A DNA stretch of 57,841 bases, the filler included, from Sphacelaria rigidula (lineage: Eukaryota): assembly GCA_964200075.2 (NCBI GenBank). It is 5 parts of 5 records of this genome, joined end to end, with 100 filler letters (N's around TTAATTAATTAA, not from the genome) between each part and the next. Parts side by side here need not be neighbours in the genome. Positions count along the whole stretch, not along the records: positions 34,770 to 46,256 come from CAXNAA020004873.1; positions 46,357 to 57,841 come from CAXNAA020004874.1; 3 more parts are not named here. The stretch is one strand, 5' to 3'. The notes below the pieces were generated by a model. That model saw nothing but the letters and a program-made list of their open reading frames with translations, was not told where the DNA came from and made no database searches. The position numbers and the translations under genes are program-made. Shown piece by piece: positions 37,988 through 49,800 of the stretch. Numbering within the stretch: the stretch's first letter is position 1; each line of letters begins with the position of its first letter.

Positions 37988-39549
37988 GATTCGATACTGT
38001 GTATGTCGTCTTTGGAGCACAAAACCGTGTGATCATGCCACACGGGGTTCAACGAACAGCAACCCTGCCAACATGTCGAACAATGCCCCAAGACACTAGC
38101 CATTTTCCATCGGGGTTTCCATTATATTCGGGATTTTTCACGAATTAAAACACCTGACCTCGCGTTCGCTTCTCCACGCCCGTCACACTGCCCGCTGCAG
38201 GCGCGTGTAGAGTGTCTAGTTTCGTGTGTGTAACAGAGGCATGAGCCGACTAAGTTACAACGAAAGTCGGGATGGAATGGGAGGGAAGGTGGTCGAGGAA
38301 AACACTGGTACTGATGTCGGTGCTGATGTCGGTGCTGATGTCGGCGATGGAGGAAATGTCGAAGATGGTCCAATCGAGAGGTGAGAGCGCGTTTTGTCAA
38401 GGGTGTCGCTGCAGGTTATCTAACCCCTTTCGCACGTGCCTCGCAATCGCAATGCACGTGGGTATATGCGTTGCATTGTCTATGTGAGCAGCTCGGTCGG
38501 TGATGTATCTCCTGCACCTCTACCGTTTGTTTTTGCTGGGCATTTGTTACAGACGGTGCGGTGCAGCGCAGACGGGAGTCAGTAACCCACACCTTTTGCT
38601 TGAACTATCTGTACTGTCTTTAGTATACACTGCCTACTCGGAGTGAAGTACACGGCGAAGTACGGATTGTTCAGATACGATGTCTACACGCGTACCCACC
38701 TGACATAGTTGCGATAGTATCCTCATTGCACAATCCTTCGCCTGGTGCCCGTGGATTCAACGCCCCCGCTTGTTCTGGAGGAGGGGAAGAGGATAAGGGG
38801 TGTACTGCCCAGGGGATATCTAAGATCACTTTCGCGTTTGATTGGACAGTGTGTTGTCGAGCAGCATTTGCTACAAGTAATGCTCCGTTCTCTTCCTGTA
38901 GAGATGGAGTGGGGCTACGTCTCAACTTTGCAAAATACCGAACCCGCGAGCGCTACTGTAGAGAGGGCGAGAACCTTCCCTTCCCGTTCATCAATCTGAC
39001 TGAAGATCTGTGAGGCACAGGGTGGTGCAGACGACGATAGAGTAGACATGTACACTGCAAGGCCAACTTCGAGTGGTGTCATGCGTCCGCACTGTGTGGA
39101 TATCAATCATTGCTGAACAGCAGAGTCGCGGCAGTATTCCCTGTGTTGGTGCGTGGCTTTGTGAATACCCACCCACACCCCCTGATCGCGACACATCACG
39201 AAGCATCTCGTAACAACCACTTGGCGACTGAGTTTCATCTGTGCTTGGGGGGCTTGGAAATGTCTCCCCATCATGTTTTGCAATGTTTTTGTTCGTATTG
39301 AGTGGGAATCATCACCGACTACAAAGTAGGTGCGTCGCGGTTATTCGCCCTTGGAGGGCGTCACGGAGAAACCTTGTCGAATGGTGCTGACAATTCCCGA
39401 CATTCTGGTGCAGTATTCAAAATCTCTTGCCTCCGTAGCCAGTAAGTAGCCAATGCTGTGCCTGATTTATTGTCACGCGTTTTACCACTCCCACCCGAAT
39501 ACGCGATGGGATCAAGAAACTCGATGGAGAACGCTATCACCAATACGCT

Positions 39550-39790
39550 GGCACGTGGCTTCCTGCCACCGCGCCCCGATTGTGGGTGCGGGTTCGAATC
39601 TTGACATCTGCGGTCTCTTAGACCAAAATCTCGTCTCGGTCGTTGAAAGCGTGAGGTCTGGAGTGCATACGTAATTCACGATACCAGAATGCCAGGCATG
39701 TAGCCGGGAAACATGAGTTGAACCCCTTGAGACTACGGACTCGTCCCGAGGAAAAGGGGGGACTTGAAACTATGAAGCAACGAGAAAAAC
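39550..39790 (+). mobile_element. Degenerate SINE copy
   Basis: B box gggttcgaatct at about 39590 and the shared 3' motif tacggactcgtcccgaggaaaagggggg. Confidence 0.55.
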
Positions 39791-41498
39791 TGTGCAACAC
39801 CCCTCTAGAGCTACATTCTCAAAAAACCTAGGCTCATTTCTACCCAGCACGGGACAAGCTGGTGAAATTTTACCCAGGAAAAGCTACCTGTTGTACAATC
39901 CCGAAAGTCATTCTCCATTCTGGCATTCGTGAATGCATAGAAATAACGCTGTACTACCGAACATGTGCCTTCACTGCACACGTGAGCAGAGCCCGCTGGT
40001 AGATGTTATATTCAAGTCCCCGATGGTTCTTAAAGCCTTGTCAAAGATTCGCTGGCCGTGGTTTCCGTTTCACCCGAAGGCTTTTAACTTCGTGCGCACC
40101 AGAAATCTTTCACAAGCAACACTGACCGCCGATCTCCAACGCCGGGAATCCCGACGCTGCAGCTGATCAGCTCTTCTCCGATTGCAAGCATCACCCCCAA
40201 AGACAGGAAACCATACTTGTGCTGGTTTCGAATCCACGACCAACCCATACGTTTTCTATTTACAGATTCCCTTGTTGTCTTCAAACGCCCATTGGTCAAT
40301 ATATGGCTTGTGATTTCCAGTCGAGCTTACGCAAACTGGGCGACGAGAACCCGTGGTTGAAAGAATCTTGATTTTTGTGTGGACGGCCTTATTCGGATTT
40401 TAAAAAAGGCTAACCGTCCCAGTGACTCGCCCAGTAAGCGTAGCACGTATTTCAGCTCAAATCGGCACTCGATCTGCCTAGTGTGGGGGCTGGGGTTAGT
40501 GCTAGCGTAACAGTGTGTTTGACACAAAACAATGTATTCTTCAACCATAGATGTTGCCGTCGGGTTCGCGCGCTGGTCTGGTTCGTGGCATAGTGCATCA
40601 CTTCAGGATCGGGATGCAAGTAGCTATACACCATAGCTGCCCAAAGCAAGCTATGTTGTCTTGGCCGGTGCTGTGTACGTCAAGATAATATTTTTCATGT
40701 GGAGGCTGCGTAGAAAGTAAAGATAATTTTTACCTGCACTCCCACAGCAACGTTACAAAGCGCGGCGGTCGCCCCACACGTGGCTGTTGCTGGCGAGGCC
40801 AATTCAAGGTTCCTGGGTCTCGTGCTAGACGCATCTCAGAATTTGAGATGAGCGCCATCATTGTCGAAAATCTAGACATGTTCAAAGTGCACGAGACAAG
40901 ATCAAGCCGCGGGCGTAGCTCTGTCACGTTATGATACAGCACAGTACAGGGCGTGCTGCATCGTCCTGTCATGGAAGATACCCTCTGCTCCTCAACGGTC
41001 GTGATCGCGAGGCCGAAAACCATCTCAAGTCTGACGTAATGTATAAGTGTGTCCGATTTTCATCCATTTCGTTCAACTTGACCTCAAGAAACGCAGCATT
41101 ATGCGGGCAACTGACACATTTTGCTCGCTTTTATTGAGTTGAATCCGTCCCTTTACAATATAAAGGTCAAGCTCGAGAGTAGGGATTACACAGCAGGGTC
41201 ATGGTCCAAATCACAGTCTCGCGAGGGAGGGGTGTGGTGAAGTCAAAGTAGGATTTGTGCGAGAAAACAACACGTTGCACGCGTGTAGAACTGCCAGTGC
41301 GTTTTGTGCCAAACTATTCAACTGCCGATGTTTTTTTCCCCCTGAAAACTAATGAGTGAAAAGCGGCTTCTATTTCGATATATTCAGTCAATTTTGTAAA
41401 AGTCACGTGCCTCCCCCTGCCTCCGTGCTTGTCAACATCCGCGTCTCCTCTCGCTCTCGTGACTGCAATTGTGTTCACCGCGCGCGCTCAGCACCTCC

Positions 41499-44400
41499 AT
41501 GGAGTCTTCTCGAGCATTGCCACAGAACACGGAGAAGAGTCCTAACATTAACAGGCGGACCACCCGCAAGCGGGAATCAGCAGCAGCGGGTAGAGTAAGC
41601 CCCGGTAGCACCGGTAGCGCTGCTTCGTTGAGCTCGTACGCTCTCATGGGCCTTCCGGACGAGGAGGGTGATGAGGATGAGGATGCTGGTGGCGAAGATG
41701 ACAACGGTGATTGTAATGTTGGTGATGAGGCGGTGCTGTTTGGAAGAGTTGTACTCGTACTGAAGAATTGCCTGGATGGTGACAACAAGCACTCTTCTAT
41801 TCTTGTGCTGGATTTATTTTTTCGCGTGTTTTGTTTCCGCGTTGGCTGCCTGGCCGAGGAAACGTTCCGAAACGCCGCTGGCGGTTTGGCTTTATGTTCC
41901 CTCCACGCTCTTAGAAGTGCCTTGTATACGATAGTATGTAGGTTTCGTATATCAATCATAGTGACCCGACGGGATGTTGGAGAACGAGACAGCGCCAGCG
42001 TGAGTGATGTTGTCCCTCCCACCAGCAGAAGTCGGTGCTCCGTCTCGAAAGGGATGCGTGACCAATGGCCAAACGACTGAGGCAAGCAGCAATACCCCCC
42101 CTCCCAACCAGCAGAAGACCCGATCACGTTCATGGGTGTATGGTGTTACTGTACGCTCCACTTGCGGTCACCCGCATCATTTTTCTTCCATGCATTTCTC
42201 ATACGCAATAGGTGCTGACGTCGCGAGCTCACCGAGAAAGAGCCTAAAGGAAGGCAGAAAGCCCGACAAGACCAAGCAACGCAACAAGCGAAAGACATCT
42301 CCGGATAACGACGACGAAACAACAGGTTCTGCCCCGGTCCCGGACCCTCCCGCTGACAGCGGTTCCACGGATGCTGAGAATAGTTCGTCACCATCTTCAG
42401 AACCTGTGGCCAACGGTCGCCCTGAGTCCAAGGAGGAGCATCGTGAGCCGCCACCACCGCGACCGGCGGCAGCTGCAAGTGACGATGGAAGCACCGATGA
42501 CAGTAAGAATAAGAGGAAGAAGCCCGCGGATGACAAGATCAAGAAGGCGAAAAAGCAGAAGAGGGGGCAGGAGAGTAATGGAGAACAGGAGGAGGAGCAG
42601 GAGATGGACGAGCAACAAGCGCAGAGCAAACAAGGGGGCAGCGGCGACAAGGGTAGCCTAGGTGATACAGGAGGTGGTGTAAGTAGTGCAGGTTCAAGCG
42701 CTCCGACTGCGGGTATTTCTGCTGCTGCTGATTCTGCGAATGCTGGAAATGTCGTGGACCTCACCGGGAGTGGCAGCGAAAAAGGTGTGCGGGTGGCGGC
42801 CGCTGCTCCGGCAACGCCTGGGGCAAGCCGGGCGCACAAGAAAAATAAAACAAATGGAGGAACAGACGGTGACGGCGGCATCAGCGGTAAGGTTGTTGGG
42901 ACTCCTGCAGCGGCAGCGGGGGGGGGAGCTGCGGCGGAGAGCGACGAGGATGGGGTTGTGATGTTGATAGGGAAGTCGCCTTCGGAGGGGATCAAGAAGC
43001 TGGCGTCGGCGCGGCTATCTAGTTGGGCACGCAAATTTACGGAACCTAGGTAAGGGGGAGCATGGCAAATGTACCGCTGGCGGCGACAGTGATGACTGAT
43101 GACATTCCGAGTGAAAGAGCTTTCGTTATCGGCTTATGATGAATATCGCCGGTCAAACATTTTCCCCTGCTTTTCTCGATAGACAGGCCTTTTTCACGCT
43201 GGTGTCTTGCTACCGAATTGCGTTGTGTGCCGCATAATGAAACGTCATCATCGCAACGTGTGGCGATCTGTGGTGCCGCGTGACCTCTCAAACCCCGAAC
43301 AGTCACCCCCCTCCCCACAACGATCACCGGGTGAGACGCGTGTGATTTTGTTTTTGCGACCGTGAGTGCAAGAGTTGCAAGCTAACGTGCCAATTATTAT
43401 GCAACGATCTGTCCATCTGTGTTTTGTGCACACCCTGCGCAATAGATGGCATTGTCAAGAAGTATACTATGTACAGTATCAACTATCGCGTCTATTACAA
43501 TAGACAACAGTTTCCATACTGTACTCGGTACAATTTTTGACAATACAATCTATTGTTCAGGGTGTGGTTGTATGTACGAGCGCTTCTTGATCGTCTTTTG
43601 CTCATGTTCCTTTTTTTCGACTACACCAGAGCTTTCGTAGCGCCGGCCGTACCGGTCATCGAGCCCATCAACGACGACTACCTGACGGGCTTCGGTCGCG
43701 CGTACAGCGAGGCTAAGTCGCGGAGCGCCGGTAGTAGTCAAACTGGCGGTAAGAAAAAGGGAAAAGGAAAGGGCAAATCGGACAAGCCTAAGGATGGAAA
43801 CAAGAAAGTAGCACCGGTAGACACGCTAAAATCCGGAGAAGAAACGTCTACCCCGGAAGAAGGCAAGGAAGGGGGTTCCGCGGAAGAGGGGCAACAACAA
43901 GACCAGAGCTCTGTCCCACAGGAACAAGCCACTCTGCAAGACTCTGGCGCCGACGGGGGCAGCAAGGATGATTATTCCGTTCCGAAGACTTCGGCCCAAC
44001 AAGAGAAGCAAAAAGAAGAACAAGAGGAGGACGACGACGATGACGACGATGACGTGGGCGAAGGTGAATCTTCCAGTGACAGTGACGTGAGTGACAGCGA
44101 TAGTGATGACAACATGTTGGCGGCTCCAGTCGGCGGGTCAGATGAATCGGCGAGGGCAGCAGCCGGATTGGGTAGTCCAGCAGGCGGCGTTGGGAGAGCA
44201 GCACTCAAGCACGGAGTGTACATTTTGAATTTGGCTTATGAAATCTGCACGGAGAAACAGCTGAAGCATTTCTTCACAAAGTACGGCAAGGTGACTCATG
44301 TGGCATTTGTACCAGGCAAGCGGGGCAACGCCAAGCTGTACTTCGCCAAGGCGGAGCAAGCGGCGGCAGCGATAAGCGATACGGGGCGGAAGATTGCGGA

Positions 44401-45821
44401 AAGAAGTATCTACATACGCCAGGCGAGTACACAACCTGCCTTTTTTTTAAATCGTCGTTCCCCCTTCCTCTTTTGCCGGTTCTTTTCTCTTCCTAGTGGA
44501 CGATGGTGATTACGGCAAGGTACGGAACCTGATATTACCCGATATAGATACCTTCGGTTACCCAACGTATTTGCACTACCGAGTACAGGGGGGTATCCGG
44601 GGGTTTCGACGTCGAAAAACACAGAGTTTTACAGGGTACCCGAAGCATGGCGACCCCGTATCTGTACCTTACCGTACCCTAGCTCCCCCATACGTGAACG
44701 TTTTGAGAGGTCAAGTCGTCAATTAGTGAAGGCTAGCGCAAGCGTCTAAGGTGTGGGTGATGCTACTCGGTTGGCAAGCCAACTTGTTCGATATGATCCG
44801 ATGGCCTGTTCGCATTTGATTACTCTAATGCTCACCTTACCCGCCCGTTTTCGACGCGGGTTTACACCAGTTCGGCGCCGAATACAAATACAATGGCTGA
44901 TACCACATACTTTGTTTCTTGTCAGCAAACCTTTGTAATGGTCCTGACCTGAACCCCAGCTCAAGGCAGATCGAGAACCCTTGGGCACGAGGGATGCAAA
45001 AGGCCTTCTAGGCAAAGTGTGCTCCGTTTTGGCTCGCCGGGTGAGCGCTTGGGGAATGTTGGCGCGGGTGTGAAGATTCCGAATGTAATGAATGGTACGC
45101 CGATTTGAGCCAAATCTCGTATTGCGCACGCTGGGCGAGCGCTTGGGATTACGAGTCCTGCCAAGATCCGAATGTCTGATAGTGGTGCAGTTTTCCCGCC
45201 CCCCCGTGCGTCTATACCGGCAAGGACGGCGCTTGTGGTCGTCCCGAGAGTATCTCGATTGATTTCACGCTTATGCCTCTGTGCGAATGGTTTAATAGGT
45301 TTTTCTTGTTGGCTCTTCCACTCTTCCGTGCGTTTTTACTCCTGCTGCTTGGTTCGCTTGACGGTGCTATTCCCCTCCCCCTCAATATATATATTATATA
45401 TATACACATTGCTTCAAAAATAGCGTATTTGCCATGAAATGTGTATCCTCTTGGTCCCTCCTCCTTTGGGTTTTATGTTGCATAAAAAATTATCGATTAC
45501 CGTTGTCGAGTCTTACGATTTTTTTGCGTTCTTTCCCCACCCGTCAGTCATTTATTTTCATTCGTGGAGGTACATGTGTACACATTCACACCTACACCTA
45601 CATGCACATGTGTATGCTGTCCACATGACGTTATGGCCTCGTTTTTGCATTCTCCTTGCCGTTTTTTTTACTCTCTTTTGCAGCTATTTACAGGCGCCTT
45701 GCCGTCCCGGTACTTCGTTGATCCCGACGATCGAGCCAACAAAGCCCCGGTGAAGCAGGAGACAGCCTCTTCCCCTGGCACGCTGTGTACCTTTTGCGGG
45801 GCCCCCGGCCATGTGAACAAG
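41499..45821 (+). CDS. RNA-binding protein: long disordered acidic/Lys-rich N-terminus, one RRM, start of a CCHC zinc knuckle (Air1/Air2/ZCCHC7-like); 3' part beyond the contig
   Basis: Exons 41499-41721 (or ending 41706), 42212-43049, 43630-44422 and 45684-45821 are phase-compatible. RRM: GVYILNLAYEICTEKQLKHFFTKYGKVTHVAFVPGKRGNAKLYFAKAEQAAAAI...IAERSIYIR. This is followed by LPSRYFVDP...LCTFCGAPGHVNK (Cx2Cx4H). Confidence 0.8.
41960..42105 (+). mobile_element. LINE 3'-terminal fragment in intron 1 of the RRM gene
   Basis: ggtgctccgtctcgaaagggatgcgtgaccaatggccaaacgactgaggcaagc (GAPSRKGCVTNGQTTEAS) followed by a C-tract. It matches the rc of 24243-24305 and 46357-46430. Confidence 0.7.
44505..44682. 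mobile_element. Small MITE
   Basis: acggcaaggtacgga versus rc acggtaaggtacaga, with internal gggtaccc motifs. Confidence 0.5.
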
Positions 45822-46256
45822 GTTAGACCCGTGCGAACCATGTTGGAGGATGACTGATTTGCGTCTCCAATGGTGGTGGCGTCGCGATCGCCTGTTTTTT
45901 TGTTCATTTATTTCCTTGCGTGTTTTCTTCGTCTTTGTATACATGTGTCTAGCTTGAGTTGAAAAATCGACAAAGCTCGTGGTGTTATGGTGTTGTGGTG
46001 TTGTGCCTGGAACTGTGAACTCAAAAAAAAGTGTCAGTTTTTGCATCGTGTCACGTCAAATATAGTTACAATCCGGTTACCCTCGGATTGTTCGGCATGA
46101 TCATTCGCATGCTCGACCTCCTCCAACCTGCCTGTTCTCGGCCACCTCGTCATGTCCATGATTATTATTATTATTATTATTATTGTATCCATCACACTAT
46201 CTCGATCTCTCGAACTTGTGGTCACAGAGTGCAATGAGCATACCACCAATATACCC

Positions 46257-46356
46257 NNNNNNNNNNNNNNNNNNNNNNNNNNNNNNNNNNNNNNNNNNNN
46301 TTAATTAATTAANNNNNNNNNNNNNNNNNNNNNNNNNNNNNNNNNNNNNNNNNNNN
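46257..46356. other. Artificial contig linker
   Basis: 100-nt N/TTAATTAATTAA spacer. Confidence 0.97.
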
Positions 46357-46800
46357 TCTCGAAAGGGATGCGTGGTCAATGGTCAAACGAGTAAGGCAGG
46401 CAACAAATGAGTATGACACCCCCCCTCCCTCCCCAGCTACGTCCCGCCCTTGCATTTTGAACTTACGTATTGGATCATGACCGTCAGCACTCCCGCACCG
46501 CGTCGGGTCCTGTTAAGACAAACTTTATTTGTTACTCACGTCCTGTCCTCCCTTTTTCCAGTGACGGAGATGGGATAGTTCTCCGGAAAAAACCCCACCT
46601 AATGGCCTCGGTTATGCCATACAGTCATACAGTCATACAGCCATGCAGCAGACCGCTGGGGCGCGGCGGCCGTGTACCTATGCTATACTATACTATACTA
46701 TACCAGAAATAATTACTCTACCCTATAGTTGTGCTGTCTAATCACTTGCTGAGCCGAGCGAGCCATTCTTGGGTCCCCAAACACCGCCACTGTCATGCAG

Positions 46801-49800
46801 CAATGTCAACGAAGGCGAACGAACAAACGCCGCCGACAGCCCGAGAGCGGATTTCCCAGAGGCGGGGAGACCCGCACGCGAGGCGTTTTTGGCCGCCGCG
46901 GAGGAGTTCCTACACATGGAGGCTTTATTCCCCGCTGGCCTTCAGCAGCAGGGCCCAGGACAAGGAGGCTGGCGGAGCAGCGGCGAAGGGAGTAGCGGTG
47001 GGAAGCGCGCGGCTGAGGTGTCGTTTGCATCCCAAATTTCGGCGGGGGCGGTGCAGCGCTGTCCGTGGCCAGGGGCGTGGGACTTGTGGCTGGAGGAATG
47101 CTTGAGGGATGCCCAGGTAGCTAGCTATGTATAAGGTAGTTTTTTTATTTTGTGAGTGTGTCCGTGTTTGCGTGCGTCTGTGTGCGTGTCAACTGCACCT
47201 TTCTTGGTCGGTTGTTGAGCGCGTTTTTTGGTTTTGAGTTTGTTTCGCACGGTGTTTCGTGTTTCGTGAATGGTGTTCCGTGCAGTTTTTTTAATGTTGC
47301 TGCTGTGTTGCTGTCTGAGGTTGGGTGATGTGCGGTGCATGTGATGTGTACGTGCAAAACGTTTTTGCCCAGAGAGGAAGCAGGCAACACGCGCGCGAAA
47401 AAGCAAGCCTTACTTACTATATCGAAGTACGTGGACTTTTTGGGGAGAGGGAACGTATGTCAGCTGGGGTTGTGTCGTGTCGTGTACTGTACTGTACTGG
47501 GTTCGGATCTGGTGGTCGCGAGGCAGCCCGGTCCCGTATGTTCGTCTTGGTTCAGTGTGCGATCTTCTGTGTGGCTCAAGACTTTCAGTCCCCCCCGCTC
47601 CCCCGCCTCCCGACGTGCTCCGTTCCGGCTTTGTAGGGATCCGAGATCAACGGTGTTATGAGTACGGCATGGAAGATCACGTGTACAACCCCCCCACCAA
47701 CGCATACGGTTGTTGGGTGTGTCGCCCCACGAGATGCACACACGAGTTACTTGTTGGTCCATGACGCACGTTGCTACCGGTGTGCACGTACATCGTACAT
47801 GCTGTCCTTTGTTGTTCTCTACTCGGATCTCCATGCGTGATGAAGATGTTTGATGAAGATGTTTGATGAAGATGTTTGAACATCTTGCCGACGACTGTGC
47901 TCCACGGCGTGTGCACACGTGTGATGTGTTTTTGTTATTGTCTGTTGGCCATGAAGGTGCGTCCACCTCACCACGCGTCTGTGGCGGCACACGTGACGCT
48001 CCTGAGCGTGCTTCGAGTCAGCACCATATGCGGCCTGCCTGAGGACGAGACTCGAGACTTATTCTTACGGGGGTGAGATATTTCTAGTATTCAATTCATG
48101 ACGCCCGCCTACTTGACGCCACCGTTTGCCCTCGCCGCAGCGCCTTATTTTACGCTGACAGGTACCCGCCGGCATTCGAGAGACTTATCATTGTCCATTC
48201 TGCTGCTGCGCGATTTTCGCCATGGGCCCGTGTTTTTGTCTTGCTCAAATTTTCCTTCACTTGCTTTGATATTTTTTGTATCCTTCACGCGAACCTTCTG
48301 TCACTGGTATCGTTGTAGTCATTGTTGTTGTTATTGATAATGCTGGCGTCATTTCTAATCTCGAAAGATGTCACGTACTCCCTCAGCGGGGCATCACGCC
48401 GAAGTAAAGAGGTATCATACAAGCCCTCGGCAGCGATTGCATGGGAGTTGGGATGAACGATGGTACCAATGACCCTCTGGCGGGAAGGGGAAGAAGGGGG
48501 GGGCAGAGGGACGTACTGATTTAAATCGGGTCGTAGTGGGGCGGACCCCCGATGATCGGTTAGCCTGTAATATGTTGGGAATTAATTGTGGAGACGATTT
48601 TTTCATTCCGGAAATTGTTCAGCGTATCAATCTATCTGGCGATATCCAAAATCGTATCTAGTACTACGTTGGGAAAGTAAATGTGCGATGTAGTGATTCA
48701 TGTTTCATGTAAAACTGTGTCTGAATCAAACCAAAAATGGTACTGTTCTATGCTAGGGGCGACTTGTGTGCAGAGGCAGCCCTGCGTAACGATCGCCTGG
48801 CCACCCCAGTCCCCGACAGAGGGCTAAGCGGAGATAGAGATCGGATTATCGCCCGCCGTGAGGCGTACATCAGGCGCGCTTTGGAGGCGATTGTTCCGCG
48901 CCCTGCACAGAATATTTACAGGTGATTCTTTCTTAGCCATGCCATGCGCAGCACTGTATGGTAAATGTTGTTTGGTAGAAGCAAGTGTTGCCTCGGTGCT
49001 TTGTGTGTGGCACCTTCCCTTGTGCGTTCCAAGGTGTCTAGTCTTGCCGAATGCTACCCCGGCTGGGACTGAATTATGATACTTATTTATATTTTCATAT
49101 ATATATATTTCTTTCTTGTGGTACCTTTCACCCCATCCCCCTTTCGATCGTTCTCGTTGGTTCGAATCCGCAGCCTCACGGGAACAAAGGAGCCATCTCT
49201 CTCCCCGGCACTTGCCCGGCATTATCAAGCATCGGATGGTGACGACTTCCGTAGCTAGGCTGTCGACTTGTATAATCCTCGAGTTTTTATCGATTTTGTT
49301 TTCGCGAAACTTTGGTTCTCACGTTTTGCTGTGAAGAGTTAGGGTGGAAATCGGACAAAACAAAACTCTAGGGAAGTGATTCGTACCCAGAAAATCCGCC
49401 CAAACTTGTGTTGTGTTGTGTTTTGTTGTGTTGAGTTCATTTATCAGTTTGACCGTCGGGGCGCGGCGGATTTCAGCGGTACTCTACACTCTGCCAGTTG
49501 ACATGCGACCTGGCAACTGCGGCTTTTCAGCAGATGTTAATCTCATGTACCTTGGAACGTTTGTCATTATCCATGATCAGACTCGCGCGAGACTTCGGCG
49601 TAGCGGAAGACGCTGTTCGTGGGTGGCACTGTCTAGTCTTGCTTAGGCGAGGGCACGACGTTCTTGGCGAAGAAGCCATGGCTCAGGTGCACTGATTTGC
49701 CTCACTTTTCGAACCGGTATTTGTTTGGAGTGAATGTTGAAATATTCCTCCGTCCTGTCTCGTCCCATCCCGTCCGTCTCCGACTGGTCCACGAAGTCCT

